From a virus: a stretch of 39,001 bases of DNA. A program made the position numbers and the translations under genes. Under the pieces are notes generated by a model. The model did no database searches. It had not been told where the DNA came from and saw only the letters and a list, made by a program, of their open reading frames with translations. Shown in pieces: positions 33,343 to 39,001 of the stretch. The stretch's first letter is position 1. Each line of letters opens with the position of its first letter. The stretch is taken from the UHGV virus genome UHGV-0059893; one strand, written 5' to 3'.

Positions 33343-35634
33343 ATGATCGATAATTTAATAACTATTTACGATAAAAACGACGCGAATAATTTAGCTGAAC
33401 ATTTATATGATACGCAAGGTTTAGGCGCTTTGTCAGACTGGTTAACAGCTACTGTTAGCAATAAATTAAACGGAGCCGAGATATTTCAGGGTACTTATCC
33501 AATAAGCGGAACTAATGCAGATTTGATTGTAGAAGGACGTATTATTCAGTGTTATGTAGATGAAAATCGAGCAAAACAGCGTCTACGGATTTATTATGCA
33601 AAGACTTCTGTAATAGGCAATACGATAGAAGTAAAAGCTGAACCTATTTTCAATGATATAAGAAAATCGGTGTTGAATAAATATGACAGTGGAACAGAAA
33701 AGATCACTGCTAGTCAGGCATGGCAAAACGCAAAAACTTTAGCGAAACCAGTTATTCCTTCACAGTTTTCTTTCTCGTCATTAGTAGATACGCTTGCTAA
33801 TGTGAAGATAGAAAAGGCGAATTTTTTAGAATTCTTTGGTGGAAAAGAGGGATCTATTCTAGATCGATTTCATGGGGAATTTCTAAAAGATAATAACACA
33901 TTACGTCATGAAAAAAGGCTAGGCACGGATCATAAAATCAAAGCGATTTATACTAAAAACTTAACTGGTCTTGACTTAGAGATAGATGCTCAAAGCGTTT
34001 TAGTTGGAGTTTATCCATTCATTAGCAGTTCTTCAGAAGGAGAAGACGAGATCACTCTACCAGAAGAAGTTATTTTCACGGATTACGTGGATGATTATCC
34101 TGCTGGATATGTTTCTTTTGTTGATTTTAAAGACAAAGCGACTGATGTAGCCACATTAAGGGAAGCTGCTAAAGACTGGTTGAAAACAAACATAGATAAA
34201 CAAAAACCACAAGTGAGTGGTTCGATTGAATTAGTACCATTGAGACATCAAAGAGGTTATGAAAAATTTGTTGATCTGGAAAAAGTTTCGATGGGTGACG
34301 GAGTAGATGTGTATCATCCACAGTTAAAAGTGAATATGTCAGCAAGAATTGTGGAATATACGTTTAATGTTTTAACTAACTCATACGATAAATTAGTTGT
34401 AGGAAACGTCAAAACAAACTTCTTAGAAAATACAGAGAATAATGTAAGCAATTTGATTAATGATGCCATTGATCAATTGAAAAATGGTGGCGAAATCAGT
34501 GATTTAATCAATGATATTGTAGATCATCAAACTGATATGATTACTGGTCAAGATGGTGGGTATGTTTTATTAGATCCTAAAGAAGCGCCTAGTCGTATTT
34601 TGATTATGGACACGCCAGATAAGAATACCGCAAGGAATGTTTTACAAATCAACAATGCTGGTATTGGTTTTTCTAAAACTGGCATTAATGGAACATATGA
34701 AACCGCATGGACGTTAGATGGCGGATTCAATGCCTCGTTTATTACAGCTGGTGAGATAGTAGGGATTACTATTAGAGGTACTACATTAATTAGTGATGGT
34801 GCTGATTATAGAACAAGTATTGCTAATGGCAAAATGACTTGGCACTCAAAAAAAGTTAACAAAGATATTATGGAGCTAGAAGCACGTGATTATGTAAGTG
34901 CTGATGCCGGTATTGTATCATACACCATGAAAACTGGTGGTGGTTTCATGATTAGAAATCCACAGGGTAACTTGGTTTTTAGTACGTGGGATAATGGTAA
35001 TAACAGACCGTTTTTATCTTTTGGTGCGCCCAATTTCAGATATAGCAATGCTAGTTATATAACTGATGGCGATGGTAGTTCTTTAAGCATTAATGGTAGT
35101 GCGGGTAGTTCATGGGAGTTTAAAGTAGCTGGTAGGACTATGAAATTTACTAGTGACGGTATGCTAACTTTGCCAGGTTGTTTTTTTGGTTCATGGGAAG
35201 ATGGGAAAATTGCTAGGTTTGAACAATCAACGGTGCAAGTATATAAAGATTTTACTGTTAGAGGTACTAAAAACTCAACCGTACCGACAGAACATTATGG
35301 ACAACGACTATTGAACGCTTATGAAACTCCAGAATATTATTTCGCTGATTATGGGGAAGCCGTTACAGGTGATGATGGTAAAGTTCGTGTTGATATTGAC
35401 CCCATGTTTGCTGAGACAGTAAATCTAAGTCGGTATATGACACATGTGACACCTACAGAGCTAGTTTTGTGCGCAGTTACTCACGAAGATATTGACCATT
35501 TCATCATTGAAACTAGTAAGCCAAACGTATTAGTTAGATGGAATTTAGTGGCACACCGTCTAGGGTATGAAGATATTAGATTAAAAGAGGATACAGCATA
35601 TGATAGCACAGTGCTTGACCAAAAACGTTTTTAA
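33343..35634 (+). CDS. Tail-associated lysin / tip protein (Tal; prophage-tail endopeptidase N-domain type).
   Basis: RBS AAGGTAGGTGAAATAGATG. 763 aa. The N-terminal MIDNLITIYDKNDANNLAEHLYDTQGL... is typical of the Tal N-terminal domain in Firmicute siphophages. Confidence 0.7.
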   Translation: MIDNLITIYDKNDANNLAEHLYDTQGLGALSDWLTATVSNKLNGAEIFQGTYPISGTNADLIVEGRIIQCYVDENRAKQRLRIYYAKTSVIGNTIEVKAEPIFNDIRKSVLNKYDSGTEKITASQAWQNAKTLAKPVIPSQFSFSSLVDTLANVKIEKANFLEFFGGKEGSILDRFHGEFLKDNNTLRHEKRLGTDHKIKAIYTKNLTGLDLEIDAQSVLVGVYPFISSSSEGEDEITLPEEVIFTDYVDDYPAGYVSFVDFKDKATDVATLREAAKDWLKTNIDKQKPQVSGSIELVPLRHQRGYEKFVDLEKVSMGDGVDVYHPQLKVNMSARIVEYTFNVLTNSYDKLVVGNVKTNFLENTENNVSNLINDAIDQLKNGGEISDLINDIVDHQTDMITGQDGGYVLLDPKEAPSRILIMDTPDKNTARNVLQINNAGIGFSKTGINGTYETAWTLDGGFNASFITAGEIVGITIRGTTLISDGADYRTSIANGKMTWHSKKVNKDIMELEARDYVSADAGIVSYTMKTGGGFMIRNPQGNLVFSTWDNGNNRPFLSFGAPNFRYSNASYITDGDGSSLSINGSAGSSWEFKVAGRTMKFTSDGMLTLPGCFFGSWEDGKIARFEQSTVQVYKDFTVRGTKNSTVPTEHYGQRLLNAYETPEYYFADYGEAVTGDDGKVRVDIDPMFAETVNLSRYMTHVTPTELVLCAVTHEDIDHFIIETSKPNVLVRWNLVAHRLGYEDIRLKEDTAYDSTVLDQKRF

Positions 35635-35657
35635 AACGAAGATAAGGAGGTATATAA

Positions 35658-38522
35658 ATGGCTAGCAGTTTATATAATTTGGCTTTAGATTTCAGCAAAG
35701 AATTAAACTACACCAAAGCTATTATGGCTCGTCAAGGTGATAAAGGGATTACGGTGACTGTTAAACCGTTTCTAAATGGCTTGCAGATGGATACGAGTGG
35801 CGGAACATTTACTTTAAAAGGAACAACACCATCTAATCGTTACGTAGATAGTGTTGCAACTAGCGTAACTAGTGAAGAAGTCACGTTTTCTCTTGATGGC
35901 ACATTTATGAGTGAAGCAGGATATTATAAACACTGCTACGTAGAATATAGAAAAGACAATCAAATTTTAACAACGCAAGATATCATTTTTTTCTCACTAG
36001 GAGTGTCTGACATTTCGCAAGGCCAAGCCGATGAATACGTTTCGCAATTGGAAGAGTTGATTCGAAAGTATAACGAAACTTTTGATGCTTTTATGGCTGA
36101 AATTAAAGGTAGAGTGGATAGCTTAAATAAACAGATTACTGATTTAACCGGTCAAGCTAAAACGCTACAAGACAAGTTAGATGCTCTGAAAGAAGAAATT
36201 TCTAAATTAGGTAACTTGCAAGTGATGTACAGTAACAGCATCGACTTCGGGGACTATGATTATTCGGGGAACCCGAATATTGCGCCTAATGTAGGTTTTA
36301 ATGATTTCTACAACAATGGCTCTCAAACTGGTTACACTGCTAAAGATGAAGTAGACCACATTGCGGTTACAAGAACTGCAGATGCGCCTCCGGCTGGAAA
36401 ACTATTAAACCTCCGCACATTGTTACCAAACAAAACTTATACTCTCAGCGTTGATATATGGGCGGATATGGAAGTGCCATCTGGCGCGATATCTTGTAGT
36501 ATTCGGTTAAGAGAGGGAACAGAAGTAAGGTCTGTTTGGGCGCTTGTAAACAAACCTGTGGGTACCAATAGAACGACCTATAGCGTTACGTTTACTACAG
36601 CTGCTAATTTTGTGACTACAGAAGAGTCTAGAATATCTTTGTGGTTTAATGATTCAGCTGGTGCATGTACAGGTTATTTAGGCTATAACATCAAAATCGA
36701 AGAAGGTCCAACAGCCACCCCGTACCAGCCAAATCTACTCGATGCACCGTATTATTTGAGTAAGGTGGCTTTGGGTGAGAACATTGCTAATAAGTCTGTG
36801 AAATTTCCAATCACAAGTAGTAGCGAGGGAATCTATTCAAAAAATGCACTAGAGGATTTTGTTTTAGGTGAAACTTATACTGTGACGATAGGGGCGACTA
36901 AGCCTGCCTCACAAACTATTCGGGTTTATTTAGCTCAAAAACAATTTAGTGACTTTAAACCAGTTGAAGGATTGGTTGATACATGGGTCGCCACTGTGTC
37001 AATAACTCAGCTAGGGGAAAACGCAAAAGGGGTATATCTTTTTCAAACGCCAAATACTTCTTTAGGTTCATGTACCATAAAATGGTTAAAAATTGAAAAA
37101 GGCGACACCCGAACTCCTAATATTGAGCAATATAAATACCGAGGAATCGGTATGCGAGACTCAAACAATCCAAAAGATTACGTTTGGGATCTAGCACCAG
37201 AATATGTCGAAGACAATCTTGCTACAGATGTTAAAATTTCTGAAATCACAGGCAAAGCAAATAATTATACCGATGGGAAAGTAGCTATTGTTAACAAAAA
37301 CCTTTCAGATATATCAGCAGACTTAAATAAACAAATAGCTAATAATAAAAATAATATTGCTACTAATACAACGAATATTTCCACTAACACTACCACTATA
37401 GCTACACTACAAAACAAAAATTTATTCACGCAGAATAAAAGTACACATGGCTTAACTTGGATTGCACATAGAGGAAACAATTCAACCGCACCAGAAAATA
37501 GTATTGTAGCTTTCGAAAATGTTTATAGACACCAAGCGATAGAAACAGATATTCAGTTAACAAGCGATAATCGTTGGGTAGTTATGCATGACGAAACAGT
37601 AGACAGAACAACTAATGGTACAGGAAAAATATCAGATATGACCTATGATCAATTTAGAGCCTTAAGAATTGATACAGGTGCTAATATTGATAAGCTAACT
37701 GATGATGAAAAAATTCCACCTAATTTAGAAGAGTTTTTATTGATATGTAAAAAAAATAATAGAATACCAGTTGTTGAAATAAAAGCTACTGGTGGATATA
37801 CAAAAGAGCAACTTCAATTAATTAAAACTATTTCTGATGGAATTGGGATGACTGAAAAAACTATATTTATCAGTTTTAACTACGATATGTTAGTTTTAAT
37901 GCGAGAGATATTTCCTTTTAACGAATTACAGTGGGTATATCAAGGTACAATTAATACAGATGTTATTACAAAATTAAAAACGCTCGGTTTACCTTGCGGT
38001 TTAGATATAAATGAAAATAATGCGTCTCTAACTAAAGATAATGTAAACTTGCTACATGCTAATCGCTTGAAAATTGGCGCGTGGACTGTTGGATATAATT
38101 CTTTTGAAAAGATGAAAGACTTAGGAATAGATTATATCACTACGAATAGTCCATCTGGTTACTTAAAATATGCCGAATTAAGTTTGCTTAACGGTTTTAC
38201 ACCTACTAATGATAATGGCCAAGTCCCACAGTTTGCAGCAGAGTTAGAAGGAGGATATGTTTTTCTAAGCTTCAATGTAAAAGATGGAACAAATAATAAT
38301 CAATTAACAGAAATTGCTAAACTACCTGATTGGGCTATCCCTCATAAAAAACAATATAATCAGTGTATGATACGGACGTCTAGCGGTGTATCACTAGCTA
38401 CTTTTGATACGCAGGGATGGAAACATTCTACGGGTGTAACTGAAGGTACAATTACTATTGGTTTAGGCTGGTCTTCGAGAACTACCTGGGCCGCAGGTCA
38501 ATGTATTTATAAAATAGATTAA
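35658..38522 (+). CDS. Tail fibre / receptor-binding protein with an embedded glycerophosphodiester phosphodiesterase (GDPD) domain.
   Basis: RBS AAGGAGGTATATAAATG. GDPD signature HRGNNSTAPENSIVAFENVYRHQAIETDIQLTSDNRWVVMHDETVDRTTNG (~37440-38170). A coiled-coil region. A low-complexity N/T-rich linker (NKNNIATNTTNISTNTTTIATLQNKN). Confidence 0.8.
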   Translation: MASSLYNLALDFSKELNYTKAIMARQGDKGITVTVKPFLNGLQMDTSGGTFTLKGTTPSNRYVDSVATSVTSEEVTFSLDGTFMSEAGYYKHCYVEYRKDNQILTTQDIIFFSLGVSDISQGQADEYVSQLEELIRKYNETFDAFMAEIKGRVDSLNKQITDLTGQAKTLQDKLDALKEEISKLGNLQVMYSNSIDFGDYDYSGNPNIAPNVGFNDFYNNGSQTGYTAKDEVDHIAVTRTADAPPAGKLLNLRTLLPNKTYTLSVDIWADMEVPSGAISCSIRLREGTEVRSVWALVNKPVGTNRTTYSVTFTTAANFVTTEESRISLWFNDSAGACTGYLGYNIKIEEGPTATPYQPNLLDAPYYLSKVALGENIANKSVKFPITSSSEGIYSKNALEDFVLGETYTVTIGATKPASQTIRVYLAQKQFSDFKPVEGLVDTWVATVSITQLGENAKGVYLFQTPNTSLGSCTIKWLKIEKGDTRTPNIEQYKYRGIGMRDSNNPKDYVWDLAPEYVEDNLATDVKISEITGKANNYTDGKVAIVNKNLSDISADLNKQIANNKNNIATNTTNISTNTTTIATLQNKNLFTQNKSTHGLTWIAHRGNNSTAPENSIVAFENVYRHQAIETDIQLTSDNRWVVMHDETVDRTTNGTGKISDMTYDQFRALRIDTGANIDKLTDDEKIPPNLEEFLLICKKNNRIPVVEIKATGGYTKEQLQLIKTISDGIGMTEKTIFISFNYDMLVLMREIFPFNELQWVYQGTINTDVITKLKTLGLPCGLDINENNASLTKDNVNLLHANRLKIGAWTVGYNSFEKMKDLGIDYITTNSPSGYLKYAELSLLNGFTPTNDNGQVPQFAAELEGGYVFLSFNVKDGTNNNQLTEIAKLPDWAIPHKKQYNQCMIRTSSGVSLATFDTQGWKHSTGVTEGTITIGLGWSSRTTWAAGQCIYKID

Positions 38523-38540
38523 CTTTGCTACCAACACGCT

Positions 38541-38576
38541 CAATAGAGGGTGTTTTTTATTTTGCAATGAAAGGAG
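38541..38576 (+). terminator. Intrinsic terminator after the fibre gene (ACACGCTC-aata-GAGGGTGT followed by TTTTTTATTTT).
   Basis: 7/8-bp stem plus a U-run, read directly. Confidence 0.55.
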
Positions 38577-38585
38577 GCTAGTTGG

Positions 38586-38828
38586 TTGAAAGACGAAGCA
38601 ATACAAGATGTGGTAGAACGTTTAGTGCGTATTGAAACGAAACTGGATAATTACGAATCATTACGCGAAAAAGCGGAAAGTGCAAAAGATAGAGCGGATC
38701 AGGCATATTCTATTGCGCTTAATAATGCGGAAGATATCAAAGAAATGAAAGCCAATAATAAATGGTCGTGGGGTTACATGATTGGTTTAGGCATTACGAT
38801 CATTGGCTATTTCTTGACTAAATTGTAA
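38586..38828 (+). CDS. XhlA-like small membrane protein (lysis-associated). It has an N-terminal coiled coil and a C-terminal transmembrane segment.
   Basis: RBS AAGGAGG is 8 nt before TTG 38586. 80 aa. C-terminal TM segment WSWGYMIGLGITIIGYFLTKL. Located immediately upstream of the holin gene. Confidence 0.6.
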   Translation: MKDEAIQDVVERLVRIETKLDNYESLREKAESAKDRADQAYSIALNNAEDIKEMKANNKWSWGYMIGLGITIIGYFLTKL

Positions 38829-38844
38829 AGGAGGTGAGAAGAAA

Positions 38845-39001
38845 TGATTTTACCCGATAAGTATTATCAAGTCATTAAATGGACAGTTTTAACAGTATTG
38901 CCAGCTGCTTCTGTGTTAGTAGCAACGTTAGGGAAAGCCTATGGATGGAATGGAACAGATATGACAGTACTCACTATCAATGCAGTAGCAACATTTTTAG
39001 G
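38845..39001 (+). CDS. Putative holin, 5' partial (runs off the window).
   Basis: RBS AGGAGGTGAGAAGAAATG. Hydrophobic TM segments VIKWTVLTVLPAASVLVATL and TVLTINAVATFL. Position in the lysis cassette. Confidence 0.55.

Noticed and set aside
1-39001. Search for CRISPR arrays, rRNA, transposases/IS elements and a reverse transcriptase (diversity-generating retroelement).
   Set aside because: No regularly spaced direct repeats with unique spacers, no rRNA-like sequence, and no transposase or RT motifs were seen in any frame. The only tandem-like repetition is the tape measure codon-level Trp repeat and the intergenic iterons.

Overview
This 39-kb window from a low-GC Firmicute (probably Enterococcus, judged from the ArpU-family regulator, the GH25+LysM lysin and codon style; not verified) is mostly one near-complete temperate siphovirus prophage. 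The left ~3.5 kb is not part of it: a secreted GH25 muramidase with two C-terminal LysM repeats (51..1328), a visibly AT-richer two-gene cassette of unknown function (1583..3122), and a tRNA with a CAT anticodon (3476..3549). The prophage runs from ~3.6 kb to beyond the window end and is organised as follows.
- Lysogeny module (minus strand): tyrosine integrase, two small moron-like genes (one a lipoprotein), an ImmA-like HEXXH metalloprotease and an XRE repressor.
- Lysis-lysogeny switch region with a perfect palindrome, then Cro-like and excisionase-family HTH genes on the plus strand.
- Recombination and replication module: Gp157, an inserted HNH homing endonuclease, a Sak4-like AAA_24 ATPase, an SF2 helicase, a DUF669-like protein and a primase/P4-type helicase.
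- An intergenic region after the primase gene carrying AAACCCTCCCT and GGGATAG iterons.
- A run of about 12 translationally coupled small ORFs that includes an HTH protein and a VRR-NUC nuclease.
- ArpU-family late regulator, followed by a stand-alone AT-rich moron with its own extended -10 promoter and intrinsic terminator.
- HNH endonuclease, a C9/G5/G5-rich candidate cos region, and the terminase small (P27-like) and large subunits.
- HK97-type head genes: portal, ClpP-like prohead protease and major capsid protein.
- An extra 291-aa gene with a GT-A-like DxD motif immediately after the capsid gene.
- Head-tail connector genes, major tail protein, and a tail assembly chaperone with a canonical A_AAA_AAG -1 frameshift site.
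- A 1234-aa tape measure protein with about 40 copies of an 11-residue Trp repeat, then Dit, Tal and a 954-aa fibre with an embedded glycerophosphodiester phosphodiesterase domain.
- XhlA-like protein and a partial holin at the window end.

The most unusual observation is that the major capsid protein and the major tail protein end in the same C-terminal motif, TTTTTTTQA. Together with the DxD-motif gene wedged between the capsid and connector genes, this suggests an undescribed virion O-glycosylation system.
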